A DNA stretch of 64,000 nucleotides from a virus. Under the pieces are notes generated by a model, which was given only the letters and a program-made list of their open reading frames with translations, was not told where the DNA came from and searched no databases. Of this stretch, positions 10,451 to 20,031 are shown in pieces. Numbering within the stretch: position 1 is the first letter of the stretch; the number at the start of each line of letters is the position of its first letter. The position numbers were made by a program, and so were the translations under genes. The DNA is taken from IMG/VR virus record IMGVR_UViG_3300047322_000556, positions 1-64,000 of that record; one strand, given 5' to 3'.

Positions 10451-11005
10451 ATGGGTCAAAAACAAGCAGCATACGACGCAACCGGCGCAATCATTGCCTT
10501 CTACGACACTGTCGATAGCCCCGCGCCGCAAGGCGCGACGGTCATCAATATCACTGACGACGAATGGCTTTTCTGCATCAATAATCAAGGCGCGAAAGTC
10601 GTCAAGAACGGCGCGCTCGCCGATGCGCCGCCGCCGGATGCGTCCGTCTTGCTCGCGGCCGCTAAAACGTCCGTGAAGGCGGCTATCCGCGACCATCGCG
10701 ACGAGCTGCTGCTGCTCACGCCCTTCGAAGGCAAGCAGATTCAGACGGACCTTGCGAGCAAGATCCAGATCATGAACGTGGTCGATGCAGGCTCGTTGCC
10801 TGCCTACGCGACGTACTGGCGCACGGCTGACAACACGTACCTGCCGATGACGTTCGATCTGTTCGTTCAGCTCAAGACGGCGATCATGGCGCGCGAAGGC
10901 GCGGCGTTCGGCGCCTCGGCGCAGCATCAGGACGCCGTCGATGCGATCAAGACGACGGCCGCCGACGTCTACGCCTACGATTGGACGGCGAGCTGGCCCG
11001 CATGA
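10451..11005 (+). CDS. Tail fibre assembly chaperone (DUF4376-like C-terminus)
   Basis: Follows the fibres. Motifs 'MGQKQAAYD' and 'WRTADN'. Confidence 0.75.
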   Translation: MGQKQAAYDATGAIIAFYDTVDSPAPQGATVINITDDEWLFCINNQGAKVVKNGALADAPPPDASVLLAAAKTSVKAAIRDHRDELLLLTPFEGKQIQTDLASKIQIMNVVDAGSLPAYATYWRTADNTYLPMTFDLFVQLKTAIMAREGAAFGASAQHQDAVDAIKTTAADVYAYDWTASWPA

Positions 11006-11466
11006 AAGTCGCGTTTTTCAAGGGGCGTCATCCGGGCATGAAGGGCTGGCTCGGCGTCGCGACGAAGTGGTGGACGGTCGGCCCGTATTCACACTGCGAG
11101 CTCGTCATTGACGAGACGCCGGACGGAAAGGCGATCTGCTGGTCGTCGGCGTATCTGGATCATGGCGTGCGCAAGACGACGCTCGTGCTTGATGCGGCCG
11201 ATTGGGACGTCATCGACGTGCCGACGACGGCCGCTCAAGAAGCGGCGGCGGTCGCATGGTTCGAAGCGCATGCCGGGCAGCCGTATGACGTGCTCGGGCT
11301 GCTGCAATTCGTTTGGCGCCGCGAAGAGGGGGATAAGCGCAAGTGGTTCTGCTCGGAAAGCGTCGCCGAAGCCTTGGGCTTTCGCGAATCGTGGCGCTAT
11401 GACCCGAACACCTTCGCCGCCGTGCTCGCGCATTGGGGGCAGTGGGGCGAGCTTACAGTCGCCTGA
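11002..11466 (+). CDS. Permuted papain-like amidase/peptidase (YaeF/YiiX-like)
   Basis: 'YSHCELV' His precedes 'PYD' and 'WFCSE' Cys, the permuted catalytic order. Confidence 0.7.
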   Translation: MKVAFFKGRHPGMKGWLGVATKWWTVGPYSHCELVIDETPDGKAICWSSAYLDHGVRKTTLVLDAADWDVIDVPTTAAQEAAAVAWFEAHAGQPYDVLGLLQFVWRREEGDKRKWFCSESVAEALGFRESWRYDPNTFAAVLAHWGQWGELTVA

Positions 11467-11514
11467 TTCGTGACGCTATCGTGGGGGCATCTAACCGATG
11501 CCCCATTTCCATTT

Positions 11515-12054
11515 ATGCCCGATAACCTCAAATCGACTGACGCGGCTGTGATTCAAGTGCAGATGCAGCAGATTCACGTCTGGATGGAAGAGATGCGGCC
11601 GGTCATCATGACGATTCCCGCGCTGACGGAGCGCTATAACGGCTTTGAGCATCGACTCGGCGAGCTCGAAAACCGCTATGCGCAATCACTCGAGAAGGTG
11701 ACGCAATCAATGGGCCGAGTGCATGAGCGCATTGATGAAGTGCGCGACGAATTCCGCCGCACGCGCGATGAAAGCCGCGCCGAAATGGCCGCGATGATCC
11801 AGAAGGAATTGACTGAGCTGCGCAAGTCCATGAGCGAAATGGCGACCGAATCCGAGCGCACGAAAGAAAAGGTCGATGGGTGGGTCAATCGCGGCAAGGG
11901 CGCATGGTGGGCGATCGGCGCGATCGCGGTCGTATTCGGCGGGGTCTTTACCTACGTGATGAGCGATATCACGGCCGCGCACGACTGGCGCATTCGCGTG
12001 ACTGAGCAGCTTCGCAGCAAGGGCATGGGCGACTTGAATTTGCCTGTTCGATAA
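11515..12054 (+). CDS. Coiled-coil protein with C-terminal TM helix (holin/antiholin-like)
   Basis: Long heptad region, then 'AWWAIGAIAVVFGGVFTYV'. Has its own late promoter. Confidence 0.5.
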   Translation: MPDNLKSTDAAVIQVQMQQIHVWMEEMRPVIMTIPALTERYNGFEHRLGELENRYAQSLEKVTQSMGRVHERIDEVRDEFRRTRDESRAEMAAMIQKELTELRKSMSEMATESERTKEKVDGWVNRGKGAWWAIGAIAVVFGGVFTYVMSDITAAHDWRIRVTEQLRSKGMGDLNLPVR

Positions 12055-12276
12055 TCCTCGACAATGCAAAACGCCCGTCAAGCAGGCGTCCACTGTCCGT
12101 GGACCGTGGACGATGTGCTCAACGGCGATGCTTCTCCTTCTTAAGTCGCTGAGCGCGTGAGAGGGTTTCGTTCTCGCGTAGCTGCTTCATCTGATTGAGG
12201 ATGTACAGTAGCCGGTACTCGTCTTGCAGAATCTCGTAGCCGCGCAGCTTCTTAGGATCACTTGACATAATATAGA

Positions 12277-12495
12277 TTACCGAACTTTTTCTTCTAGCTT
12301 GGTGAGGCGCTCGCCGTGCTTGTCGAACGTGTCCCATTGCGCGACGACCGACTCGCCGGTAACTTGCATCTGCTTCTCAAGCGCCGTCATGCGCGCTTTG
12401 ATCTGCCGCATATCTTCGTGCAGATTGTCGAGCCGCGCCAACACCTGATCCAGCTTCACTAGCACGAGATTCTTCGGTTCTTGTGGGTCGCTCAT
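12277..12495 (-). CDS. Small coiled-coil protein downstream of rep
   Basis: 72 aa with AGGAGA RBS. Confidence 0.55.
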   Translation of the reverse strand: MSDPQEPKNLVLVKLDQVLARLDNLHEDMRQIKARMTALEKQMQVTGESVVAQWDTFDKHGERLTKLEEKVR

Positions 12496-12507
12496 GACGC
12501 ATCTCCT

Positions 12508-13362
12508 TTAGGCTGCGGCTTGCACTTCCTTGACCGGCGCACGGCGCACGAGAACCAAGTCGCCGTCGATCTTCACGTATTCGAGAAAGCCCGACGCCTT
12601 CAATCCTTCGAGCGTCTTAGCGAGCGCCTTCTTGAAGCTCCTGAGCTCCTTTGTCCGGCTGCCGCACAGCTTGTGCAACGTCTCCACGCGATAGGCGAAC
12701 GGCTTTCGGTGGGTGAAATAGAAGCTGTGCAGCCACTTCGCGAGCGGGCCGAGCTCAAGCCGATCGGCCCAATCGATGAGCGTGTATTGCTCTTCGCCGA
12801 AGAGCGCGATGACGCTTGGATCAATCCAGAGCGAAAAACGCGTGCGCGCGTGCGCGCCGATCGTCAGCATCGACGGCAACAAGCCGCCCTTGAAGTGGAA
12901 CGGCTCGCCGCCGATGGTGCCGACGATATCGAGCTTGCCGTCTGCCATGCGGTCAATATGTTCGCGCAGCCGCTTGTATTCGCGGCCGCCCGTATCCCAT
13001 CCGAGCGCTTGAAGAATCGCGTAGCCGCTCACGTTCAGCTTCTCGCCCGGCTGCAGGCTGCGCGTCATGTGGACGAGCTGCAAGAAAACGTCTTGATCGT
13101 CCTGTCTGAGCTCCGGCCCGCTGTACTTCATCGTGAAGCCTTCGACAGAAAAAATCGTGTCCTTGTTGAATTCCCTGCGCTCTTCCTTATGTCCGGCGGC
13201 AGTGAAAAGCGCGCAGCGCGCGAGCATGTTCGGGAGCCCGCGCACGCGCTCGGGCCACAGCGAAAGCTGCGTCGGAACGGGCCGAGACTTGCGCTTCTCG
13301 GCGGCTTGCTCGCGCTCCTGCGCGCGCTGGTCGAGCAACTGAAGTGCGTTCGGCTTCGTCAT
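12508..13362 (-). CDS. trfA: Plasmid replication initiator, TrfA family
   Basis: 'QLSLWPE..RGLPNMLARCALF', 'YSGPELRQDDQDVFLQLVH', 'LAKWLHSFY.TH'. Adjacent to iterons. Confidence 0.85.
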   Translation of the reverse strand: MTKPNALQLLDQRAQEREQAAEKRKSRPVPTQLSLWPERVRGLPNMLARCALFTAAGHKEERREFNKDTIFSVEGFTMKYSGPELRQDDQDVFLQLVHMTRSLQPGEKLNVSGYAILQALGWDTGGREYKRLREHIDRMADGKLDIVGTIGGEPFHFKGGLLPSMLTIGAHARTRFSLWIDPSVIALFGEEQYTLIDWADRLELGPLAKWLHSFYFTHRKPFAYRVETLHKLCGSRTKELRSFKKALAKTLEGLKASGFLEYVKIDGDLVLVRRAPVKEVQAAA

Positions 13363-13430
13363 TGGGCGGTGCTCTCCAAATCGATGACGCCGAGACTATC
13401 ACGTACCGCCTCGGCTGCGATGTGCATAAC

Positions 13431-13707
13431 TATCGGGTTTTGAGAAACATTTGCTATCGGGTTTTGAGTCCCGGCTATCGGGTTTTGAGTCACGAAGTAT
13501 CGGGTTCTGAATCCCGAAGTATCGGGTTTTGAGTCACGCGCCCCTCCCTCTTCCGCCTTGTCTGGTAAGGCTTCGTCGCCCGTCCCTTTTTATGCTAATG
13601 CCTTTCTAATGCTTTTTAATCAAAGGCGGTAGGCGGGACTCAAAACCCGAATCAGCCGAGGCGAACGGTTCGTCAAACCCCAAATATCAGCGGGACTCAA
13701 AACCCGA
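13431..13707. repeat. Plasmid origin: iterons
   Basis: Five direct copies of TATCGGGTT(T/C)TGA at 13431, 13455, 13476, 13498 and 13520 (21-24 bp period), an AT-rich tract, then two inverted copies GGGACTCAAAACCCGA at 13635 and 13692. Confidence 0.9.
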
Positions 13708-13729
13708 AAAGCAGCTTGCAAGGGGGTGG

Positions 13730-14143
13730 TCATCGAGCCTTCGGCGGCTCAATTCCGCGCTCCTTGAGCATCCGATGAATCTCCTTCATCGCGCCGCGCA
13801 TCGCGATCGAGTGCATCGAGTCGCCGAGCGCCGTCTCGCCGAGAAACCAGAGCATCGAGTACTCAACTTCGTTGAAGCGCAGATTGAACACCTTCGGGAC
13901 GCGCGCGCTCGCGTTCTCCCAAGGGTAAGGTTCGGCGCCCTTCCCTTTCGTCTGCTTTGGCGCTTTTTCGGGCGCTGGCGGGGCTGGCGGCGGCTTCGCA
14001 GTGTCGAGCGTCGTCGGCGCGGGCGTCGGCGGTTCCTGGGGCTCAACAGCGGGCTCGGCGGTGCCGCGCCGGATGATCGAGTTATTCGCCTGCAGCTCGG
14101 CAAGCACGTCGCGGCCCTTCGGTTTCATGATCGAAGCGTTCAT
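13730..14143 (-). CDS. ParA partner, putative centromere-binding protein
   Basis: Overlaps the parA stop. Disordered Pro-rich N-half and an RHH-like C-terminus 'KVFNLRFNEVEYSML'. Confidence 0.6.
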   Translation of the reverse strand: MNASIMKPKGRDVLAELQANNSIIRRGTAEPAVEPQEPPTPAPTTLDTAKPPPAPPAPEKAPKQTKGKGAEPYPWENASARVPKVFNLRFNEVEYSMLWFLGETALGDSMHSIAMRGAMKEIHRMLKERGIEPPKAR

Positions 14144-14823
14144 CGTCCAAAAATCTCCAGATACAGGTCTTTGATTTCGTGCGCTGCGGCGGCGTCGAAG
14201 CCTTGGCGCTTCGTCGGGATTTCATGCGCGGCCCAACCGCCCGCCATCGCGTATTTGAACGCGACTCGCCCGCCGATCTGCGTCTTGTACAGACCGAAAA
14301 CGTCCTCGTAGTCCTCCATGCCTTTGACGACGTCGCGCGTGAGCCTCGGCGACTCGTTGGCTTCGTTCAACACGATCGAGACGTCGAGTTTTTTGTCGAA
14401 GCTGCGCACGAGCTTTGCGAAGTCGGGCACGGTGTTGAAGTCAGCAGGCGACGGGATAATCGGCGCGACGATCTTGTCCGCGACGGTCATCGCCGCGCGC
14501 AGAAGCTCGCCGTCTTGGCCGCCCACTTCAACGAAAATATCGTCGTACTCGGGCATCATCTGATTGAGGCGAAGCCCGAAATATTCGATATCCGCCTCGA
14601 CGTCGGGCAGCTCTCTTTCCGGCAAAACGGCGACGTCAATCTGCGCGAGCTCGGGCTTCGTCTTACGCTCCACGCACCACTTGCCTGTCGTCACTTGCCG
14701 CCAATCCAGATCGAAAATCGCCGTGCGATATTTCAGCGACGCTCGCACGGCCGCGACGTTCTGGCAGAGCGTAGACTTGCCGGTACCGCCCTTCCCTACT
14801 CCGAATAGAACGATATTTGCCAT
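14140..14823 (-). CDS. parA: Partition ATPase ParA (short type Ib-like)
   Basis: Deviant Walker A 'KGGTGKST', 'FDLD..Q', 'ADKIVAPIIPS..D'. Confidence 0.9.
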   Translation of the reverse strand: MANIVLFGVGKGGTGKSTLCQNVAAVRASLKYRTAIFDLDWRQVTTGKWCVERKTKPELAQIDVAVLPERELPDVEADIEYFGLRLNQMMPEYDDIFVEVGGQDGELLRAAMTVADKIVAPIIPSPADFNTVPDFAKLVRSFDKKLDVSIVLNEANESPRLTRDVVKGMEDYEDVFGLYKTQIGGRVAFKYAMAGGWAAHEIPTKRQGFDAAAAHEIKDLYLEIFGR

Positions 14824-14894
14824 ATGGCATCTCCCGTATGAATGGCGGGAGTATATATCTATCAGGTAGATAGTATGTGTCTGTTCACACAATG

Positions 14895-15075
14895 CGTGAG
14901 ATATGGGTCATATCATGGTGCCAATATCGACACTATCGTCGGCCAAATATGGCCGATATGACTGGTTGGTATGATATGAATGAGCGGCGTGCGATGATAT
15001 GACTGAAATGATATGGGCCGCATGATGCGGCCCATTGTGGCAATACTTGGAGTATCAGCGCGACGATATGGGAAG
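14895..15075. repeat. Candidate parS: clustered (G)ATATG/CATATC short repeats
   Basis: About 8 ATATG/ATATC copies immediately upstream of parA. Confidence 0.45.
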
Positions 15076-15077
15076 CA

Positions 15078-15800
15078 TCATGCCGGTGATACGGCCGGGC
15101 TCATATCTTCGGTATCGTCGGAGAGATCGAGCTCGGCGAGATTCACGAGCGTGAGCACGCCGAGCTGCCGGAAGCAAGCGCCGGTATCGATGTAGAACAC
15201 GTTGCCGAGCCGCACGGGCTCGGTCTGCGGCGTATGCCCGACGAACACCGCGACGACGCCGAGAACCGGGCGCTGGTCGTCGTTGTCGATGCGGTCGCGA
15301 CTCCACACCATCATCTGCTTGAACGTCTCGCCGTTCTCGCTCGCAAGCGCGGGCTCGATATCGCTCCAGCGCACAAACGGGCACTCTGCATGCACGATGC
15401 CGACGAGCCCCTTGTCCGTCTCGACTTCGATTGCATACGGCAGCTTGTCGAACGCATCGACATAGGGGAATTGCTCGTTCTTGTCCTTCGCGACGAACCA
15501 TGCCCCGCCGTTCGCGAGATAGACGTCCGTGCGCATCTCGCCGGTCGCGAACAGGATCGCCATTTCCTCGTGATTGCCGCGCACGGCATGAAACCACGGC
15601 TTCGCGAGCCATTCGAGCGCGAGCTCGGACGCGGGGCCGCGATCGACCAAGTCGCCGACGCTGAAGAGCCGGTCGATCGTGCCATCGAAGCCGATCTGAT
15701 TCAGGCAATCTTCGAGCGCCTCGAAACATCCGTGGATATCGCCGACGACAAAATCGCGACCGAGAGTGTTGCGCTCGAAGCGCTTTACGTGTTTCGTCAT
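15078..15800 (-). CDS. Ser/Thr protein phosphatase (lambda NinI/PphA-like metallophosphoesterase)
   Basis: GDIHG, GDLVDRG, RGNHE, GHTP and IDTG motifs. Confidence 0.92.
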   Translation of the reverse strand: MTKHVKRFERNTLGRDFVVGDIHGCFEALEDCLNQIGFDGTIDRLFSVGDLVDRGPASELALEWLAKPWFHAVRGNHEEMAILFATGEMRTDVYLANGGAWFVAKDKNEQFPYVDAFDKLPYAIEVETDKGLVGIVHAECPFVRWSDIEPALASENGETFKQMMVWSRDRIDNDDQRPVLGVVAVFVGHTPQTEPVRLGNVFYIDTGACFRQLGVLTLVNLAELDLSDDTEDMSPAVSPA

Positions 15801-15994
15801 TGAGAGGGGGTAGGGTAGGGGAAAGAGCCCGGCGCGACGGCCGCGCGTCGCACGGTGTTCACGCCGGATGGATCACGCCTCACGGCCGAGCCGCAGCGCG
15901 GGCACTGGTAGACGGAAGCGGTCGGCGTTTCGAAAACCGTTGTATGCCTGTCCGGGCGCCGATGCCCGAACAGACGGCATTTCGCCTGACTCAT
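15797..15994 (-). CDS. Small Zn-finger phage protein (DUF1660-like)
   Basis: 'CRLFGH...CPRCG'. Confidence 0.55.
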   Translation of the reverse strand: MSQAKCRLFGHRRPDRHTTVFETPTASVYQCPRCGSAVRRDPSGVNTVRRAAVAPGSFPYPTPSQ

Positions 15995-16779
15995 TCGGCC
16001 GATCCGCCGATCATCAAGACTTCCGGCGCGCGCAGGACGAGCGCCTTGCCGTCGAGCTCGATCTTGATGCCGCCGGGCAGCGTCAGGCCGGTGAGCTCTG
16101 CGATGATCGCGAGCATCTCGCCGAACGTCCCTTCGCGAAGGCAAAGCGATTCCGCGAATGCTTCGCCGGTATCTTCGTTGCCGGACACTTTCAGGTGATA
16201 GGCGCTCGCCTGCTCATTGGTCGAGATTTCGAGCTTCGTGCCGTTCTTCAGGCGCTTCGTCGCGGTGACGGTGAAGTGCGTGAGCTCGCGGCCGTCCATC
16301 GCAGTAAGGGGCGCGGGCGCGGCGGCGTATGCCTTCAGGAAGTAGTCGGAGATGATCGGCGCGACGCGGTGGCCGATTTCGGCACCGAATTCTTCGCGGT
16401 TCGCGAGAACGTGCTCGATTGCCGGGCGAATATCTTCGAGCACCCTGTCGAGATCGTTCGACAGCCTGCGGCGGTGTTCGGCCGCGCGCTCCAGATTGCG
16501 CTGAGCGCCTGCGTAATGAAAGCCCTTCAGCCAGAAGTCAGAAAGCCAGTGCATAGACGAGTCGGGCGCCGACTTGCTCAACGCGCCATCGCTCATCGCT
16601 TGCGTAATCATGGCGGCCGCTTTCTGGCGCTCATCGAGCCTGACCGCCTTTTCGCTATTGCGGGCTTGGATCAGGTCGCGCTGCGTGGCCGCGAGCTGCT
16701 CTTCGAGCTCGGAGATGCGGGCGTGCTGCGCGCGCAGCTCGTCAATGGCCGTCAGGTGCTCGCTGTACGTGAGACTCAT
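15991..16779 (-). CDS. Hypothetical coiled-coil protein
   Basis: GAGGA RBS, coupled within the operon. Confidence 0.55.
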   Translation of the reverse strand: MSLTYSEHLTAIDELRAQHARISELEEQLAATQRDLIQARNSEKAVRLDERQKAAAMITQAMSDGALSKSAPDSSMHWLSDFWLKGFHYAGAQRNLERAAEHRRRLSNDLDRVLEDIRPAIEHVLANREEFGAEIGHRVAPIISDYFLKAYAAAPAPLTAMDGRELTHFTVTATKRLKNGTKLEISTNEQASAYHLKVSGNEDTGEAFAESLCLREGTFGEMLAIIAELTGLTLPGGIKIELDGKALVLRAPEVLMIGGSAE

Positions 16780-16908
16780 GATTTTCCTCGTCTGTGCGCT
16801 GTGCGCTATTGATTTGACGAGGGAAATTCTAGGCGCATCAGGTAAAAAACTCAACCTGCGAGATAAAGTTTTTGCGTTGTTTCTTTACCTCAAAATGTGC
16901 GCTATGCC

Positions 16909-17169
16909 TCAGTCGATCGGCATGTTTTTGCACGCCGCGCAGCGTGGATCGGTGGCCGCGCGGTCGTATCGGCAGTCGAGACTCATGACGTGCGGGACTT
17001 CGACATATTTCGCGCCCTTGAACCAGACGCCGAATCCGTCTTGGCACGGCTCACCGTAGCCGTCTTGCGCGAGATAGGTCTTGGGCTCGCGCGGCTTGTT
17101 GTGGCAGCCGTAGACGGCGATCGCCGACTTAGAGGATGGGTACTTGGTCAACGTAGTGGTATCGGTCAA
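16909..17169 (-). CDS. Hypothetical Cys-containing phage protein
   Basis: 'YGCHN..DCRYD..DPRCAAC'. Confidence 0.55.
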   Translation of the reverse strand: MTDTTTLTKYPSSKSAIAVYGCHNKPREPKTYLAQDGYGEPCQDGFGVWFKGAKYVEVPHVMSLDCRYDRAATDPRCAACKNMPID

Positions 17170-17479
17170 GCCAATCTCGCTCGGTGGTTCCGTTGGTGTA
17201 ATAGATCATGACGCCGCCTTTCCCCTGTGCGTCGGCCTTCCAGCAGCCGCGCCGCGCGCGCGTGCCGTTCACATATTCGACTGCGACGCGCCGATCCGCG
17301 TATTGCGGCGGTTGACAGGGTATGAGCGTCAGATAAACCCCTGTGCCGCCCGTTTCCAAGCCGCTCATGCGGCTGAAATACCCGATGTAGTGGCCGTTTG
17401 CGTCCTGTCGAATGGCAATCTTCTCGGCGGGCGCAGCGAGCGGTACAGCAAGCAAAAGGGCGATCAGGAGCTTTTTCAT
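17129..17479 (-). CDS. Secreted/periplasmic hypothetical protein
   Basis: Signal peptide 'MKKLLIALLLAVPLAAPA'. Confidence 0.6.
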   Translation of the reverse strand: MKKLLIALLLAVPLAAPAEKIAIRQDANGHYIGYFSRMSGLETGGTGVYLTLIPCQPPQYADRRVAVEYVNGTRARRGCWKADAQGKGGVMIYYTNGTTERDWLDRYHYVDQVPIL

Positions 17480-17485
17480 TTTTTG

Positions 17486-18028
17486 TCAGTGTGTGAGCTG
17501 CCGCGCGTCGAGCTCCACTTTGATCTGCGTCGATCGAAGGAAGCCTGACATTTGCGCGGGTGTGAGCGGCAGCGTGAATTCCCGCATCCAGCGCAGCGAT
17601 TCTAGCGCAGCGTCCGTGTCGCGCTTCTCCAGCGGCATGCCGTAGTGCAGCTTCTTGATGAGCTGCTGCACGCCGTCGATCTGCGGCTCGACGCCAAGGC
17701 TGCGCCCGGCGATTTCGAATGTCGTACACATATCGCGCAGCGTCGGCGCGATGGGAAACCATATGCCTTCTTTCTCGTGAAAGAAAACCGGGTCGCCTTG
17801 ATGCGTATGCACTTCGCCCGTTTCCTCGATGCCCCTGACGATCGCTTCAACCGGGCCGAACACCTGATCCATCGCGAACGCGTTGAACGGGTGCGAAAAC
17901 GGCAGGGTGTTGCGCTTCTGGTCGTGCGCCATCTGGCGCTGTGCTTTCGCCATGACGTACTTGTGGATCGCGGCGCCGGGGGTACGCTTACCGGGTTTGC
18001 TGCTGCTGCGTTTCTTGCTGGCGGGCAT
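17486..18028 (-). CDS. Hypothetical phage protein
   Basis: 180-aa ORF in the leftward operon. Confidence 0.6.
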   Translation of the reverse strand: MPASKKRSSSKPGKRTPGAAIHKYVMAKAQRQMAHDQKRNTLPFSHPFNAFAMDQVFGPVEAIVRGIEETGEVHTHQGDPVFFHEKEGIWFPIAPTLRDMCTTFEIAGRSLGVEPQIDGVQQLIKKLHYGMPLEKRDTDAALESLRWMREFTLPLTPAQMSGFLRSTQIKVELDARQLTH

Positions 18029-18073
18029 TTCTGACTCTGGTGCGGTGTAGACCGGCGCGGCCGGTCCTGACTA

Positions 18074-18430
18074 TCAGTGTTTTGTGGCTGCGCGCTCTTC
18101 CTCGCGCATCTCTTTCCATCGCTCAAGCGTGTCGATCGCTTCCTGCACGTCCTTCTCGATGCTCTTGTGGCGTCGGCCGCCCGCGAGCGCGATTTTCTTG
18201 AAGGCGTGCTGCAGGCATGGGTCGATGATTTCGAAAATCAGGATCATGCGGTAGATATCGACTTCATCGAACGGGCACGCCTTGAAGTAGTGGCTATGCT
18301 TGCGTTCCTTCTTCACCTTGAAGCCGGTAATCGGCCCGGCGGCCGCGACTTCCGGCGTAGTCATCACTGTGACCGGCCCGGCGATCGCGACGTCATTCAC
18401 CGTGACGCCGCCAATGAAGTTGCTTGTCAT
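18074..18430 (-). CDS. Conserved phage protein (DUF3310-like)
   Basis: 'HSHYFK..VDIYR..F...DPCLQHAFKK..AGGR..K...D'. Confidence 0.6.
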   Translation of the reverse strand: MTSNFIGGVTVNDVAIAGPVTVMTTPEVAAAGPITGFKVKKERKHSHYFKACPFDEVDIYRMILIFEIIDPCLQHAFKKIALAGGRRHKSIEKDVQEAIDTLERWKEMREEERAATKH

Positions 18431-18732
18431 TCTGCTTTCCCATGTACGACGACGAAGCCGCAGTTTTTCAGCAGCACGATCGCCTTTTCAATCTCTTCGG
18501 TGGTGCTACCGGCAAACTTCGCCGCGCGCGTGCGGCGACGCTCTTTCAGTAGCGTTTGAACTTGCGCCCGCGATGCGTCTACTCGGGCCTTCATTTCGTC
18601 AAACTCTGCCGCTTCAAGAAGCGGCTTGCCTTCGCGAGCTCCGCGCAGCGCATCATTGAATTGCGCGACGAGCGGGTCTTGCACGTCATATGCGGCTCTT
18701 AGCTCGCGCTCGATTACGTCCAGCGATCGCAT
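18427..18732 (-). CDS. Hypothetical protein
   Basis: Coupled ORF. Confidence 0.55.
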   Translation of the reverse strand: MRSLDVIERELRAAYDVQDPLVAQFNDALRGAREGKPLLEAAEFDEMKARVDASRAQVQTLLKERRRTRAAKFAGSTTEEIEKAIVLLKNCGFVVVHGKAE

Positions 18733-18741
18733 TTTGCTTCC

Positions 18742-19017
18742 TCAAAACTTCAATCGTCCAAGCTCTACGAGCCGAATATGGGTGTCTGCGATCCACTGGT
18801 GCGTGAGCGCCTCGGCTTCTTCGCTGGCGACGCCGCCTTGGTCGAAGTGCGTATGGCACGGTCTGCAAAGCGGGAAAGTCGCCGCGTCGCTCGCCTTGAT
18901 GCTGCGGCCCTTACCGTGGATCAGCAGGTTCGAATGTGCCGCCTCTGAGGGCTTCGCGCCGCACTGCGCACACGGCAGGCTGCGTACGAGCGCGAGATAC
19001 GCCTCAGAGCGGTACAC
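18742..19017 (-). CDS. Zn-binding HNH-like nuclease (DUF968-like)
   Basis: 'YLALVRSLPCAQCG..AAH..K..D..PLCRPCH..FD'. Confidence 0.75.
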   Translation of the reverse strand: MYRSEAYLALVRSLPCAQCGAKPSEAAHSNLLIHGKGRSIKASDAATFPLCRPCHTHFDQGGVASEEAEALTHQWIADTHIRLVELGRLKF

Positions 19018-19022
19018 GGCGC

Positions 19023-19469
19023 TTACTTGACGGCTGCGAGCGCGGCCTTAGCCGGACGGCCGGGGCGCTTCTGAACGGCCGGGGCGAGCGGGGCTGCTTT
19101 CTTCGCGGCCGGTGCCTTATTGGCGGCTGCTGCCTGCTTTTCCTGCTCGGCGAGCTGAGCTTGCACTTGCGGCGGGAGCTGAACCGGCACGAGCTCAACG
19201 AACAAGCCCTTGGGCGTGTTTTCGAGCTTGAAGTCGAAGCCGTCGAGCTTCGCGCCTTGCTTGACCAGATCTTCGGTGACGTGCTTCTTCGCGATCTGCG
19301 CGACGTTATCTTCGATCTTGTTGAACTGATCGATCGCTTCGCCGAACGAGCGCGCGCCGTTCACGAGAATGCCCTTGTACTGCTGCGCGGCGGTCATGAA
19401 ACCGGCGGCGTATGCCGCTTGTGCCGAAACGATCGTGAAACGCTTTGCTGCCTTTGTTGCTCGTGCCAT
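19023..19469 (-). CDS. Hypothetical protein with basic histone-like/AT-hook tail
   Basis: C-terminal 'PAAKKAAP..KRPGRPAK'. Confidence 0.6.
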   Translation of the reverse strand: MARATKAAKRFTIVSAQAAYAAGFMTAAQQYKGILVNGARSFGEAIDQFNKIEDNVAQIAKKHVTEDLVKQGAKLDGFDFKLENTPKGLFVELVPVQLPPQVQAQLAEQEKQAAAANKAPAAKKAAPLAPAVQKRPGRPAKAALAAVK

Positions 19470-19515
19470 CTTTGGGCTCCGTCAGGGTAGGTAAAAAATC
19501 TATTCGTACTACGAA

Positions 19516-19986
19516 TCAGAAGGGAATGTCGTCGTCCATCTGATCGAAGCTGCCGCCGCTCGGGGCGCGCTGCTGATTGCGCGGCTGGCCGCCGCCTTGG
19601 CCTTGCTGTTGGCGCGGCGAGCGTTCGTAGCCATCGCTGTCGCCGCCTTCGCGCTTGCCGCCGAGCATTTGCATTTGATCCGCGACGATTTCGGTCGAGT
19701 AGCGGTCTTGTCCGCTCTGGTCTTGCCACTTGCGCGTACGGATGCGGCCTTCGATGTAGATCGATGCGCCTTTCTTCAGATACTCGTTGACGATCTCAGC
19801 GAGGCGGCCGAAAAACGAGACGCGGTGCCATTCGGTGAGTTCTTTCATCTCGCCGGTAGCCTTGTCCTTGTATTTGTCGGTCGTCGCGAGGCGAACGTTT
19901 GCGACGGCGTCGCCGCTCGGCAGATAGCGCGTTTCCGGGTCGGCTCCCAAGTTGCCGACGAGTATCACTTTGTTGACTGATGCCAT
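19516..19986 (-). CDS. ssb: Single-stranded DNA-binding protein
   Basis: '[24 protein letters not shown]', C-terminal DDDIPF. Confidence 0.97.
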   Translation of the reverse strand: MASVNKVILVGNLGADPETRYLPSGDAVANVRLATTDKYKDKATGEMKELTEWHRVSFFGRLAEIVNEYLKKGASIYIEGRIRTRKWQDQSGQDRYSTEIVADQMQMLGGKREGGDSDGYERSPRQQQGQGGGQPRNQQRAPSGGSFDQMDDDIPF

Positions 19987-20031
19987 GATGTTTCTCGAGG
20001 AAGTGCGGCCCGCGAACGGGCCGCGTGTTGA

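Noticed and set aside
8900-10476. Diversity-generating retroelement or shufflon at the fibre tips
   Set aside because: No reverse transcriptase or invertase in the window. Repeats are short, direct and not adenine-specific in their mismatches.
12119-12495. Toxin-antitoxin pair downstream of rep
   Set aside because: Two small ORFs are present but show no recognisable toxin or antitoxin motifs.
13431-13537. CRISPR-like array
   Set aside because: Period of 21-24 bp with no unique spacers, adjacent to rep: these are iterons.
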